This document shows positions 29,932 to 40,433 of a stretch of 64,000 nt of DNA, one piece after another. Made by a program: the position numbers and the translations under genes. The stretch spans positions 1-64,000 of the forward strand of contig CBDUPA010000008.1 of assembly GCA_965368975.1 (NCBI GenBank), given 5' to 3'. The notes under the pieces were generated by a model that was not told the origin of the DNA, ran no database searches, and saw only the letters and a program-made list of their open reading frames with translations. Origin of the DNA: an uncultured bacterium (GTDB lineage: Bacteria > Acidobacteriota > Thermoanaerobaculia > Multivoradales > JAHZIX01). Positions within the stretch are counted from its first letter, which is position 1. Each line of letters opens with the position of its first letter.

Positions 29932-31425
29932 ATGCGCGCGCTGAGCCATTTATCGATTCGCAGCAAGATTATCGGCATCATCCTGGTGACCAATCTCCTG
30001 GGCATGGGGCTCGCCTTTCTATTGGTCTGGAACAGCACCCGGGAGTACCAGCGCCAGGACATGATGCTGAACACGGGGCGGCTGGCCGAACTGGCGGTTC
30101 TGTACGGTTCCATTGGTATTGCTTTCTACGACGAGGAGATGGTCCAGTCGGGCCTGGTGCCACTGGATCAGGACGAGACGTTCCTCGAAGGGTTCGTCTA
30201 CGACAGTGAGCGGCGGCTGTTCCTGAGCTACGGGGACCGCGGACGCACCCTCGACCTGCCCTATCCCGAGCTGCCCGTGTTGCCGCTCGAGGAGCCGACG
30301 AGTCATTTCCTGGACACCTACCTGGAAGTGATGACGCCCATGCGCGGCGAGTACGAGACCGAACTCGGGAGCAAGTACTACGGGATCATGGTCCTGCGTT
30401 TTTCGCTCAACGCGATGGAGACGCGGCTCGATGCCTATAGCCTGCGACTGATGCTCATCTTCCTCGCGTGCACGGCCTTGGCCCTGTTGCTCTCCTTCAT
30501 GCTTGGACGCGTGGTCGCGGGTCCGCTTCTACGCCTGTCCGACGCCGCAACTCGGATCTCGATCGATGGTGATTACTCGATCCGTGTCGAGACCCCGGGC
30601 GGTCGCGACGAGGTTGCCATCCTGTGCGGTGTCTTCAACAAGATGCTCGACCAGATCCAGCTGCGCCAAGACGAGCTGGAGCGCAGCAATCGGGAACTCG
30701 ATCATTTCGCCTACGTCACCACGCACGACCTGAAGGCCCCGCTGCGGGCGATCGCGACGCTGTCGGGCTGGATCGAAGAAGATCTCGGAGAGCAGGTTGA
30801 AGGCGAGAGTGCCGAGCACCTCAACTTGCTGCGCGGGCGGGTGCAGCGCATGGAGGCCCTGATCGATGGCATCCTGCAGTACTCGCGGGTTGGCCGGGTC
30901 AACATCGATCTCGAAGAGGTCGACACCGAGGACTTGGTGCGTGAGGTGGTGGAACTGGTCGGCGTGCCGAGTTCCTTTACCGTACAGTTGCACGAGCCTT
31001 TGCCCGTGGTGCTGGCGCGGCGGGTGCGTCTGCAGCAGGTGTTCTCGAACCTGATCAGCAACGCGGTCAAGTACCACGACCGTGAAGACGGTCGGATCGA
31101 GATCTCGGCCCGCGAAGTGGACGGCTTCTACGAGTTCACCGTCACCGACGACGGACCGGGCATCGCACCGGAATACCACGACAAGGTCTTCCTGATCTTT
31201 CAGACGCTGCAGTCGCGCGACGAGATGGAGAGTACCGGTGTCGGTCTGGCGGTGGTGAAGAAGATCGTCGAGAGTGAAGGTGGCAGGGTGAGCCTGGACT
31301 CGCAACCGCACGCGGGAGCAGCCTTTCGCTTCACCTGGCCCATGAAGCCAGCGAAGGACCGCTTGTCCGGCGTTCGGCAAGTCGACGGTCGTTCCGAGGA
31401 GCCGCTGAGCACAAGGATGGTCTGA
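29932..31425 (+). CDS. Membrane sensor histidine kinase (periplasmic domain, HAMP, HisKA, HATPase)
   Basis: Two TMs; FAYVTTHDLKAPLR, NLISNAVKY, DDGPGI, GVGLAVVKKIV. Confidence 0.95.
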   Translation: MRALSHLSIRSKIIGIILVTNLLGMGLAFLLVWNSTREYQRQDMMLNTGRLAELAVLYGSIGIAFYDEEMVQSGLVPLDQDETFLEGFVYDSERRLFLSYGDRGRTLDLPYPELPVLPLEEPTSHFLDTYLEVMTPMRGEYETELGSKYYGIMVLRFSLNAMETRLDAYSLRLMLIFLACTALALLLSFMLGRVVAGPLLRLSDAATRISIDGDYSIRVETPGGRDEVAILCGVFNKMLDQIQLRQDELERSNRELDHFAYVTTHDLKAPLRAIATLSGWIEEDLGEQVEGESAEHLNLLRGRVQRMEALIDGILQYSRVGRVNIDLEEVDTEDLVREVVELVGVPSSFTVQLHEPLPVVLARRVRLQQVFSNLISNAVKYHDREDGRIEISAREVDGFYEFTVTDDGPGIAPEYHDKVFLIFQTLQSRDEMESTGVGLAVVKKIVESEGGRVSLDSQPHAGAAFRFTWPMKPAKDRLSGVRQVDGRSEEPLSTRMV

Positions 31426-31447
31426 GTGCGGATATACTCAGGACTTG

Positions 31448-31855
31448 ATGGACAGTTCCAAGAAGATTCTCCTGGTCGAAGACGATACGGTCGATGTCAT
31501 GACCGTGCGACGAGCTTTTGGCCAGCTCGGCTTGAACCGCGAGTTGGTGGTCAAGTCTGATGGTCGCGAGGCGGTGGACTATCTGCGCGCCGGAGAAGAT
31601 TTGCCGTGGCTGATCTTGCTCGATCTCAATATGCCGCGCATGAATGGAATCGAGTTCCTGCAGGAACGCAAGCAGTGGCCGGAACTCGGTCACGTGCCGG
31701 TCGTGGTTCTGACCACTTCTGGCGAGGAGCGAGACCGCATGGAGAGCTACAACTTCGAGATTGCCGGCTACGTGATCAAGCCGCTGAACTACGAGAAGTT
31801 CAAGGGCGTTGTGCGTACCACGGACGCATACTGGGAACTCAACGTCTTTCCTTGA
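31448..31855 (+). CDS. Single-domain response regulator (Rcp1-like)
   Basis: ILLVEDD, LDLNMPRMNG, VVVLTTS, YVIKP. Confidence 0.95.
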   Translation: MDSSKKILLVEDDTVDVMTVRRAFGQLGLNRELVVKSDGREAVDYLRAGEDLPWLILLDLNMPRMNGIEFLQERKQWPELGHVPVVVLTTSGEERDRMESYNFEIAGYVIKPLNYEKFKGVVRTTDAYWELNVFP

Positions 31856-31874
31856 GCCCGGGAAGCAAAGGCTG

Positions 31875-34382
31875 ATGGGCGAAAAGATTCGAGTCCTCTT
31901 GATCGAGGACGACCAGGTCGACCGCATGGCTTTCGCCCGCATGGTGCGCGAGCAAAGCCTGGACTACGAGTACGCGATGGTCACCTGCCTGGAGGCGGCG
32001 CGCGCCGAGTTGGCCGCCAGCGAGTTCGACGTCGTGGTCGCCGACTACCGTCTGCCGGATGGCACTGCCAGCGAACTCTTCGGCTGGCAGCTGGAGGCGC
32101 CCATCGTGGTCACCACCGGTGCTGGTGGTGAAGAGATCGCGGTCGAGGCGATGCGTGCGGGCGCCTACAACTACATGATCAAGGATACCCGGCGTAACTA
32201 CTTGAAGATGTTGCCGATCACGCTCGAGAGCGCGCTGCGCAAGTACCGCGCGGATCGTGAACTCAAGATGCTGTCGCACGCCGTCAAGCGGATCAACGAG
32301 TCGGTGTTCATCTGTGACCTCGAGGGACGTGTGATCTACGTCAACGAGGCCTTCTGCCGAACCTATGGTTACAAGCGGGACGACATACTCGGGCAGTTTC
32401 GCGACGTTCTCTTCCACGAGCCACCACCGATCGTCGACTTTATCGAGACCGGCGATATTGGTGGCCAGTTCGAGGCGCGCCACCGCCACCGCAGTGGTCG
32501 CATCTTCCCGGTGCTGCAGAGCTGTTCGCTGCTGCCCAACCGGCGCGGAGAGCCGATGGCCGAGGTCTTCGTTGTCTGGGACATCACCCACCGCAAGCGC
32601 GCGGAGGTGGCGCTCAAGGAGAGCGAAGAGCGCTATGCTCTGGCCGCGCGCGGTGCCAATGACGGCTTGTGGGACTGGAACCTCAAGACCAATCATGTCT
32701 ATTTTTCGCCGCGCTGGAAGTCGATGCTGGGCTACGACGACGGCGACATCGGTTGCGAACTGGAAGACTGGTTGCGCTTGGTGCACGCGGACGACAGCGA
32801 GTTGCTGCGTAGCCAGTTGCAAGCACACGTCGAGGGCCGGACTTCACAGTTCGAGAACGAGCATCGCTTGCAATGCAAGGACGGCAGTTTCCGCTGGATG
32901 TTGTGCCGCGGGCTGGCGGTGCGTCAGGATGGCTCTCTCGCACACCGCATGGCGGGCTCGCAGACCGACATCACCGAGCGCAAGACCGCTGAGCAACGCC
33001 TGCGTTACGAAGCGCTGCACGATGCCCTCACCAGCTTACCCAATCGGAACCTCTTCTTGAGCCGGCTGGAGAGTGCCGTTCGGCAGCTCAAGCGGCGTCA
33101 GGCCTATGCTTTCGCGGTACTGTTCCTCGATCTCGACCGCTTCAAAGTGATCAACGACAGCCTCGGGCACCTGATCGGCGATCGCCTGCTGAACGCCGTG
33201 GCACGCCGCCTCGAAGTCTGCCTGCGCGAAGGCGACATGGTGGCGCGCTTGGGTGGTGACGAGTTCGCCATCCTGTTGGATGACCTTAGCCATGTGCGCG
33301 AAGCGGAGATGGTGGCCGAGCGAATTCTCGCTGAGCTGCAGCGGCCTTTCTCGCTCGTCGGTCAGGAAGTCTACTCCGACGTCAGTATCGGTATCACCTT
33401 GGGGGCCAACCAGGGAGTTGAGGGTGCCGACCGTCTGCCTGACTACGAACGCGCCGAGGAGGTCCTGCGCGATGCCGACACAGCCATGTATCGGGCCAAG
33501 GCCAGCGGTCAGCGACTGCCGGTGCTGTTCGATCCGACCATGCACGCGCATGCGCTCGGCCAGTTGCGCCTGGAGAATGATCTAAGACGGGCCGTCGAGA
33601 TCGGCGAATTCGAACTCTGCTTCCAGCCCATCTTCGAGCTGCAGAGCTGCCGGCTCTGGGGTTTCGAAGCTCTGATCCGCTGGCGCCATGTCGAGAGAGG
33701 GCTGCTGTACCCGAAGGACTTCCTGCCACTGGCCGAGGAAACCGGCCTGATGGAGCGGCTCGGTGCCTGGGTTCTGCGCTCGGCTTGCCAGCAGGTTCAT
33801 GACTGGCGGCAGCGCTTTGCACATGTCAAGGATCTAGCGATCAGTGTCAACATAGCAGCTCAGCAGCTGGCCAGTGACGCTTTTCCAAGTCTGCTCGGTG
33901 AGGTGTTGGCGGCTACCCGGCTGCCACCGGGCAGTCTGTATCTCGAGATCTCCGAAGCCGTCTTGATGGACGATCCGGAGACGGTACACGCAAATCTCTG
34001 CCGCCTGCGCGAGTGCGGTGTACAGTTGCTGATCGATGACTTCGGTACGGGCTACTCGTCGCTCACTCTGCTGCCTCGCTTTCCTCTGCACGGCCTCAAG
34101 ATCGATCAGAGTTTCGTCCATGGCGCGGCCGTCGACAAGGAGCAGCTGGAAGTGCTGCGGACGATGCTGGCGCTGGCCGACAATCTGTCGCTGGCCGTGT
34201 TCGCGGAAGGAATCGAGAGCACCGACCAGCGCCAACTGCTCGAGCAGCAAGGGTGCCGCTTTGGTCAGGGGTTCCTGTTCGCGCATCCGCTATCGGCTGC
34301 TGACGCCGCGCAGCGGCTTTCCGAGACGCAGCCGAGCCAGGGCATCGGGACGCTGGTCGCCGGGGGACTTGGCTCGGTGTGA
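31875..34382 (+). CDS. REC-PAS-PAS-GGDEF-EAL diguanylate cyclase/phosphodiesterase
   Basis: REC (LIEDD, DYRLPD), two PAS, RxxD I-site (REGD) plus GGDEF, EAL, DDFGTGYSS. Confidence 0.95.
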   Translation: MGEKIRVLLIEDDQVDRMAFARMVREQSLDYEYAMVTCLEAARAELAASEFDVVVADYRLPDGTASELFGWQLEAPIVVTTGAGGEEIAVEAMRAGAYNYMIKDTRRNYLKMLPITLESALRKYRADRELKMLSHAVKRINESVFICDLEGRVIYVNEAFCRTYGYKRDDILGQFRDVLFHEPPPIVDFIETGDIGGQFEARHRHRSGRIFPVLQSCSLLPNRRGEPMAEVFVVWDITHRKRAEVALKESEERYALAARGANDGLWDWNLKTNHVYFSPRWKSMLGYDDGDIGCELEDWLRLVHADDSELLRSQLQAHVEGRTSQFENEHRLQCKDGSFRWMLCRGLAVRQDGSLAHRMAGSQTDITERKTAEQRLRYEALHDALTSLPNRNLFLSRLESAVRQLKRRQAYAFAVLFLDLDRFKVINDSLGHLIGDRLLNAVARRLEVCLREGDMVARLGGDEFAILLDDLSHVREAEMVAERILAELQRPFSLVGQEVYSDVSIGITLGANQGVEGADRLPDYERAEEVLRDADTAMYRAKASGQRLPVLFDPTMHAHALGQLRLENDLRRAVEIGEFELCFQPIFELQSCRLWGFEALIRWRHVERGLLYPKDFLPLAEETGLMERLGAWVLRSACQQVHDWRQRFAHVKDLAISVNIAAQQLASDAFPSLLGEVLAATRLPPGSLYLEISEAVLMDDPETVHANLCRLRECGVQLLIDDFGTGYSSLTLLPRFPLHGLKIDQSFVHGAAVDKEQLEVLRTMLALADNLSLAVFAEGIESTDQRQLLEQQGCRFGQGFLFAHPLSAADAAQRLSETQPSQGIGTLVAGGLGSV

Positions 34383-34642
34383 ACGAACTCTGTGTGACTG
34401 TCGGGAATTTGCTGTAGCACTTGTTCCGCCTAACAGTGATATCCTAGGTGCCGAGTTAGGAAGGGACGGTCGCGGAAGGCTAGGCTGAGTTCGGCTGTGC
34501 CGTAGGGCCGTCTGCCTAATGCGTTAACATGTCGTTGAGACCGAGTTGTGCCAGGTCAACGGTTCTGATGCCGACGGATACGCTACCGGGAAGCTGACCG
34601 ACGCCGTTATTCTGTGCAGCTCAGAGTGAAGGGTGCTTCAAG

Positions 34643-35110
34643 ATGCGGGATGCGAGAAAAGGGATGACGCGCGGGATCGCCACCGGGATCTTGCTGTGGA
34701 TTACGGTCGGCTTTGCCAGCCTCCTGTCGGGGCAGCAAAACTCGAACTTCGTAGTCATTGTCAATGCCGAGAATCCGGTGACTTCTCTCGACAAGGGCAC
34801 GATCGCCAAGATGTTCCAGGAGAAGATCAAGTCCTGGCCTGATTGGGATGAGCGAGTCAATCCGGTCGATCTGGATTCCCGCTCTGAAGTTCGGGAAGCT
34901 TTTACCAATGAGGTGCACGGCAAGCGTGTGTCGGCGATCGTTTCCTACTGGCAACGCGTGGTCTTCTCGGGCCGTGGCAAGCCGCCGGCCGAGAAGGACA
35001 CCGAAGAGGAAGTGATCGAGCACGTGAGTTCGAGCCCCGGGGGGATCGGATACGTGTCAGTGGCGACGAGATTGCCCGACGCAGTCAAAGCCGTTACGGT
35101 CACCGACTGA
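34643..35110 (+). CDS. Small periplasmic PstS-like substrate-binding-type protein
   Basis: VVIVNAENPV...W...FSGRGKPP...V...PGGIGYV; signal peptide. Confidence 0.75.
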   Translation: MRDARKGMTRGIATGILLWITVGFASLLSGQQNSNFVVIVNAENPVTSLDKGTIAKMFQEKIKSWPDWDERVNPVDLDSRSEVREAFTNEVHGKRVSAIVSYWQRVVFSGRGKPPAEKDTEEEVIEHVSSSPGGIGYVSVATRLPDAVKAVTVTD

Positions 35111-35192
35111 GTGCAGACGGGTACGGAACTCCCCATCACCATCCAGATCCGAGGGTTGAGCAAGGATCGGCTTCTCAGAAAGAAGCCGACAT

Positions 35193-37268
35193 ATGGAGGC
35201 AGGTGTGAACATTCTCTCGAACATGACCTTGGGCCGGCGTATTCAGCTGATCGTGATCATCGCCGCGGTGGCCTTCGCAGTCGTCCTGGCTTTCAACTAC
35301 TTCTCCTACCAACAGGAGCAGGAGTTGGCGCGCGATGTCTACACGACCAAAGAAGTTGCCGTCACGGCCACGGATGGGGAAGCTGGGGACGATGCCGCGG
35401 AAGCGACCACGCGTACCTTGCAGGTCGGCTTTGTCGAGGCTCTGGAGCTGACCCACGCGCTGCGCGAGGATCTCGACGCAATCAAGGTCCGCTTCACCGA
35501 CTACGCACAGGGCTTCGAAGATCAGAGCTACATCGAAGAGCCAAAGGACGAGTTCCTGTCCCACATTGAGGATGGCCTGGAGAATCCCGAGGTCGATCCG
35601 AAACGTCTGGATGAACTCAGAGACAGCTTCAACGCCTACTACAGTCAGGCCCTGGCGCTTGGTCAATTGATGCTCACCAATGCGGATGCAGACGAGGTCA
35701 GCGCTGCCTCGACCGACCAGTTGAACCGCCTCAATGGTGAGGTTTCCACCATGGCCGACGAGCTCAACACCGATCTGCTGCAGTTCAGCGCTGACATGAA
35801 GGCGCAGCTGCAGCAGGTGCTGGTCTCTGCCCAGGATCGGCGCCAGTTCAACATGAGCATCACCATTGGTGTGATCCTTGCCGCGGCGCTCCTGATGCTC
35901 GGCCTGTCGCAGTTTGTCGCCCGCTCGGTCACCAGCGCAGTGGGCCAGGCCGCGGAAGTGGCCGACCGGCTGTCGCAGGGTGACATGAGCAGCCAGATCG
36001 AGGTGACGTCCAAGGATGAGGTGGGTGCACTGCTCGAGGCGATGCGCAACATGCTCGACTATCTGCACGAGGCTGAGGGTGTTGCCAACGCCATCGCCAG
36101 GGGCGACCTGACCGTCGAGGTGCAGCCGCGCTCCGAGGCGGACAGCTTCGGCAACGCCTTCCTCGAGATGGTACGGAACCTGCGGCGCACTATCGGCAAC
36201 GTCAAGGAAGCCGCGTCGCAGGTCGCTTCGTCGGCGGATGAGATCTCAGCCTCGTCGATCCAGATCACCGATGGTGCCAAGACGCAGAGTACGTCCACCG
36301 AAGAAACGTCGGCCACCATGGTCGAGATGGCGGCGCAGATCGACAGCGTTGCGCAATCGTCCTCGGCCCTGGCGGAGAATGTCGACCAGACGTCCGCCTC
36401 GATCCAGGAGATGGGCGTGTCGATCGAGCAAGTGGCCCGTAGCGCCGAAGAGCTGCTCTCCTCGGTGGAGGAGACCTCGGCGACGATCGAAGAGATGACC
36501 GCGTCGATCAACTCGATCGAGCAGAAGGTCAAGGTCGTCGACAGCGTTTCTCAGGAGGCCGCTCGTCAAGCTGCGGCGGGTGGCGAGGAGCTGTCGCAGG
36601 TGATCATGGGCATCGGCGAGTCTTCGAAAGACATTGGCAAGATCGTCAGGATCATCGAAGACATTGCCGACCAGACCAACCTGCTGGCGCTCAACGCAGC
36701 TATCGAGGCCGCGCACGCCGGCGATGCCGGCAAGGGCTTCGCGGTGGTCGCGGAAGAGGTCAAGCGTCTGGCTGAGCGGTCGGTGAACTCGATCCGTGAG
36801 ATCTCCGGCTTCACCGACCGGGTACAGAGCGATACGCAGCAGGCTGTCGACCTGACGCGCCGGGTGCTCGACGACATCGTCGGCTCGGTGAAGAAGACCA
36901 CCGATCTGGTGGCCGAGGTCTACTCGGCGACGCAAGAGCAGAGCAGCGGCGCCGCACAGATCGTTTCGACCGCCACCAACATGCAGCACGTCACGCGTCA
37001 GCTGGCCTTCGCCGCCAAGGAGCAGGCCAACGGTGCCGGCGAAATCATGAAGGCGGTCGATGTCATGAACCGCATGACGCAGCAGGTCGCCGACGGTTCA
37101 CGCGAGCAGAAGCAGGGCGGCGACCTGGTGGTCAAGGCGGTGGAACGGATTGCTCAGGTGGCGCAGCAGAACCTGACGTCCGCTGAACAGCTGTCGAAGG
37201 CCACGATGGCCCTGGCCAACGAGGCCGACCGCCTGCAGAAGATGTCCGAGGTCTTCGAGCTGGCGTAG
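35193..37268 (+). CDS. Methyl-accepting chemotaxis protein (2 TM, double HAMP)
   Basis: [40 protein letters not shown] hairpin tip. Confidence 0.95.
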   Translation: MEAGVNILSNMTLGRRIQLIVIIAAVAFAVVLAFNYFSYQQEQELARDVYTTKEVAVTATDGEAGDDAAEATTRTLQVGFVEALELTHALREDLDAIKVRFTDYAQGFEDQSYIEEPKDEFLSHIEDGLENPEVDPKRLDELRDSFNAYYSQALALGQLMLTNADADEVSAASTDQLNRLNGEVSTMADELNTDLLQFSADMKAQLQQVLVSAQDRRQFNMSITIGVILAAALLMLGLSQFVARSVTSAVGQAAEVADRLSQGDMSSQIEVTSKDEVGALLEAMRNMLDYLHEAEGVANAIARGDLTVEVQPRSEADSFGNAFLEMVRNLRRTIGNVKEAASQVASSADEISASSIQITDGAKTQSTSTEETSATMVEMAAQIDSVAQSSSALAENVDQTSASIQEMGVSIEQVARSAEELLSSVEETSATIEEMTASINSIEQKVKVVDSVSQEAARQAAAGGEELSQVIMGIGESSKDIGKIVRIIEDIADQTNLLALNAAIEAAHAGDAGKGFAVVAEEVKRLAERSVNSIREISGFTDRVQSDTQQAVDLTRRVLDDIVGSVKKTTDLVAEVYSATQEQSSGAAQIVSTATNMQHVTRQLAFAAKEQANGAGEIMKAVDVMNRMTQQVADGSREQKQGGDLVVKAVERIAQVAQQNLTSAEQLSKATMALANEADRLQKMSEVFELA

Positions 37269-37304
37269 GACTGTCGCCAGTCGGGGTTCTCTGCATCCCT
37301 CGCC

Positions 37305-37330
37305 CAGGGCACCCACAGTGGGGTGCCCTG
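37305..37330. repeat. REP-like palindrome between convergent genes
   Basis: cagggcacccacagtggggtgccctg; nearly identical to 60859-60886. Confidence 0.75.
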
Positions 37331-37342
37331 ACGTACAGGAGT

Positions 37343-38551
37343 TCAGCCCGCGACCGCGACCTCGATGCCGGCTGTCTTGGCCGCCGCGTCGAGAGACCCG
37401 GCCAGATCACGGCGCAGGTCGTCGACGTTCTCGATACCGACTGAGATGCGCACCAGGCCCGGGTCGACGGCCATCGATTCGTCGTCCACCGAGGCGTGGG
37501 TCATCACCGCCGGTACCTCGATCAGTGACTCGACGCCGCCCAGCGACTCGGCCAGCGTGAACAGGTGCGTCTGTTCCGCGACCACGCAGGCCGCATCCTT
37601 GCCACCGCGTACCACGAAGCTGACGATGCCGCCACCACCACGCATCTGGCGTCGTGCCAGGGCATGGTCGGGGTGATTCTCGAGGAACGGGTAGATGACC
37701 TCCTCGACCAGCGGGTGGGCCTCCAGGAAGCCGGCCAGTTCGAGTGCGCTGTCGCTGTGGGCCTTCATGCGCAGGGCCAGCGTCTTGATGCCGCGCAGGG
37801 TCAGGAAGCAATCCATTGGGCCGGGGATGGCGCCTATGGCATTCTGCAGGAACTTGACGCGCTCGTAGGTCTCGGTGTCGTTGAACACCACCGCACCGCC
37901 GACCACGTCGGAGTGGCCACCGAGGTACTTGGTCGTGCTGTGGACCACCAGGTCCGCACCCAGCGTCAGCGGCTGCTGCAGGGCTGGCGAGGCGAAGGTG
38001 TTGTCGACGGCCAGGTGGATGCCTTGTCCGCGCGTCAGTTTGGCGATCGACTCGATGTCGGTCAGCTTGAGCAGCGGGTTGGTGGGCGTCTCGAGCCAGA
38101 TCATGCGCGTCTCGGGACGGATAGCGGCCGCTACCGCCTCCAGGTTCCGGGTATCGACGAAGCTGACGTCGATACCGTGGTGGTGCCGAATGATCTTGTC
38201 GAACAGGCGATAGGTGCCGCCATAGACGTCATTGCCGGACAGCAAGTGGTCGCCGGGCTTGAGCAGCCGCATCAGCGTGTCGATGGCCGCCATGCCCGAG
38301 GCGAAGGCGAGGCCGTAGCGGCCGCCTTCGAGGTTCGCTAGGGCTGCTTGCAGTGCCGTGCGTGTGGGGTTGTCGGTGCGCGAGTATTCGTAGCCGGTAT
38401 GTTGGCCCACGCGCGGCTGGGCGTAGGTGGAATTCAGGAACACCGGGGTCATCAGGGCACCGGTGCGAGAGTCGTGCTCGACGCCGGCGTGGACCGCCAG
38501 CGATTCGAACTGGACGTCGTCGAGGAGAGTCGTGTCCAGGCGTTCAGTCAT
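37343..38551 (-). CDS. Cystathionine gamma-lyase/synthase (Cys/Met PLP enzyme)
   Basis: YEYSRTDNPTR, ETPTNP, DNTFASP, HSTTKYLGGHSD, AESLGGVESL. Confidence 0.93.
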   Translation of the reverse strand: MTERLDTTLLDDVQFESLAVHAGVEHDSRTGALMTPVFLNSTYAQPRVGQHTGYEYSRTDNPTRTALQAALANLEGGRYGLAFASGMAAIDTLMRLLKPGDHLLSGNDVYGGTYRLFDKIIRHHHGIDVSFVDTRNLEAVAAAIRPETRMIWLETPTNPLLKLTDIESIAKLTRGQGIHLAVDNTFASPALQQPLTLGADLVVHSTTKYLGGHSDVVGGAVVFNDTETYERVKFLQNAIGAIPGPMDCFLTLRGIKTLALRMKAHSDSALELAGFLEAHPLVEEVIYPFLENHPDHALARRQMRGGGGIVSFVVRGGKDAACVVAEQTHLFTLAESLGGVESLIEVPAVMTHASVDDESMAVDPGLVRISVGIENVDDLRRDLAGSLDAAAKTAGIEVAVAG

Positions 38552-38645
38552 GGGGAATCCTCCAACTCAGGCGATCCGAAAGCAGACCGCCGCAGATAAG
38601 CGGCAAGCATACCGCAACCCCTCGAGGCCGCGGTCCGATCGGGGC

Positions 38646-40355
38646 TCAGAACGATTCTTTGGTTGAGATCAACCACTGCACATTGTCGATCGAGTCATCG
38701 CCTCCAAGTGGGAAGGCGACATCCAGGTGCAGCATGGAACCGAAGCCGGAGCGGCTGGACGACAGCCGCAAGCCGAAGCCGACATCGGTCAGCCAGCCTT
38801 GATCGAACTCGGTTTCGTTGCCACTGAACCAGGCTCGCCCGACATCCAAGAAAACCGCCCCGCCGACGCGCGCCAGACGGAATGGATGCCAGTCTGTGAA
38901 CAGCCGCTGTTCGAGCGTCAGGAGCAGGCGGCGGTCGCCGTCCTGGTAGCGCAGCGGATAGCCACGCAAGCCACTATCGCCGCCCAACAAGAGCTGGTTC
39001 TCCGGGTCTCGGTTCTCCATCAAGTCGGCCTCCAGCGTGGCGAAGAACACTTGGTGCTGGTTCATGCGCAGGTAGTACCGCAGAGCCCCGCCGAGGTGCA
39101 GGTTCTCGACTCCGCTGTCGCTCCAGCGCGCTGATGCGTACGTCTGTACCTGCAGGAGATGATCGTCCCGTGGCACCGTCGAAAAGCTGAACGCACCGGA
39201 AGTGATCAGGCGATCCTCGTCACTGCCCAGGAGGGTTGGGGACAGGCCCAGTCGCAGATCGACCTTGCGTCCCAGTTCCAGGTCTTCGGTGCGCCCGATG
39301 CGGTTGAGGTTGCGCGTCTCACGGTAGCGATTCTGCACGCTCTGGAAGCCGATCCAGGGGTAGGAGAGAGTGCGGTCTTCGAGTACGGTCGTCGGTTCTG
39401 GCTTACCTTGAGCACGCCCGAAGCGATCCTCGAGGTAGGTGAACCCGAAGAGCCAGCGATGCGAGGTGTCGCCCTGCAAACCGTTGGAACGACCCCAGAA
39501 GGCGTCGATATAGGTCTGTCGGTGACGAAACTCGTCCACCTCTTCGCCCAGTTGGTAGATGGGGTCGACGCGGTCGAGATCGTGTGCCTCGAAGCCGGCC
39601 GCCCAGTGCTCTTGTAGCGATACGAACGGTCTCAGAACTTGTACGAAGTGCTTGAAGCCGTCGCTGTTGTCCTGGTAACTGGTTTCCAACTGCACTTTGC
39701 GGCCGCCGACGTTCGGGTCGCGGTAGCGCACGAGGTAGCTGGTGCGGTCGACGTCCTCGGAGCGCTTGAGTGTGAGCTCCTTGCCGGTGCCGAGGAAGTT
39801 GCTGTCCTCGAGCTCGACCCGGGTCTCGTTCTCGCCACCGCTGCGGGCGATCGACAGGCCGACCTTGAGCGTCCAGACGTCGCGGGTGACCACGACCAGA
39901 TCGACGACGTTGGTTTCCTCGTCGTACGCGATGGCTCGGATCTGGGCGTCGTAGAGATAGCGCTGCGAGCGCAAGATACGCTCGCTTTCGTCGCTCAGGT
40001 AGCGGCTGTAGGGATCGCCGGCTTCGAACAGCAGCAGCTGCAGGATGACACGCTGCCGCGTCTTGATGTGCAGGCGGTTGGCGAGCGTGTAGAGGCGGTA
40101 GTTCTCCGCAGGATCGGAGGGGTCGAAGATGTCGCCGCCACTGATCTCGATGCGACCGATCGTGGCGCCGTACTGCTCCAGATCCTCCGGTGAGGGGAGC
40201 TGGGGTTGCGTTTCCGCAGTGGCTTCGGCTCTCGTTGGCTCTGTGGCGACGGACGCTGGCGTAGTTGTAGGCACTGTAGCTGGCGCCGCGGCCAGCCAGG
40301 AGAGCAGGAGAAAGGGGGCGAGAAGGGATGGCACGCTTGGAATCGGGGCAATCAC
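38646..40355 (-). CDS. Omp85/BamA-TamA family outer membrane protein
   Basis: POTRA-like N-terminus, NFLGTGK, LGGDSGLRGY, GFGLRL, C-terminal Phe; start uncertain. Confidence 0.8.
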   Translation of the reverse strand: MIAPIPSVPSLLAPFLLLSWLAAAPATVPTTTPASVATEPTRAEATAETQPQLPSPEDLEQYGATIGRIEISGGDIFDPSDPAENYRLYTLANRLHIKTRQRVILQLLLFEAGDPYSRYLSDESERILRSQRYLYDAQIRAIAYDEETNVVDLVVVTRDVWTLKVGLSIARSGGENETRVELEDSNFLGTGKELTLKRSEDVDRTSYLVRYRDPNVGGRKVQLETSYQDNSDGFKHFVQVLRPFVSLQEHWAAGFEAHDLDRVDPIYQLGEEVDEFRHRQTYIDAFWGRSNGLQGDTSHRWLFGFTYLEDRFGRAQGKPEPTTVLEDRTLSYPWIGFQSVQNRYRETRNLNRIGRTEDLELGRKVDLRLGLSPTLLGSDEDRLITSGAFSFSTVPRDDHLLQVQTYASARWSDSGVENLHLGGALRYYLRMNQHQVFFATLEADLMENRDPENQLLLGGDSGLRGYPLRYQDGDRRLLLTLEQRLFTDWHPFRLARVGGAVFLDVGRAWFSGNETEFDQGWLTDVGFGLRLSSSRSGFGSMLHLDVAFPLGGDDSIDNVQWLISTKESF

Positions 40356-40433
40356 AATGCTATTTTGACATGATTAGCCTGCGATCCCAAGCGTGATCAG
40401 CAGCTCCGGCCACGCTAGGAGAGGCCGGAGTGC

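Noticed and set aside
34383-34642. c-di-GMP riboswitch in the leader before the binding protein and MCP
   Set aside because: GEMM consensus elements not found; only a generic stem is visible
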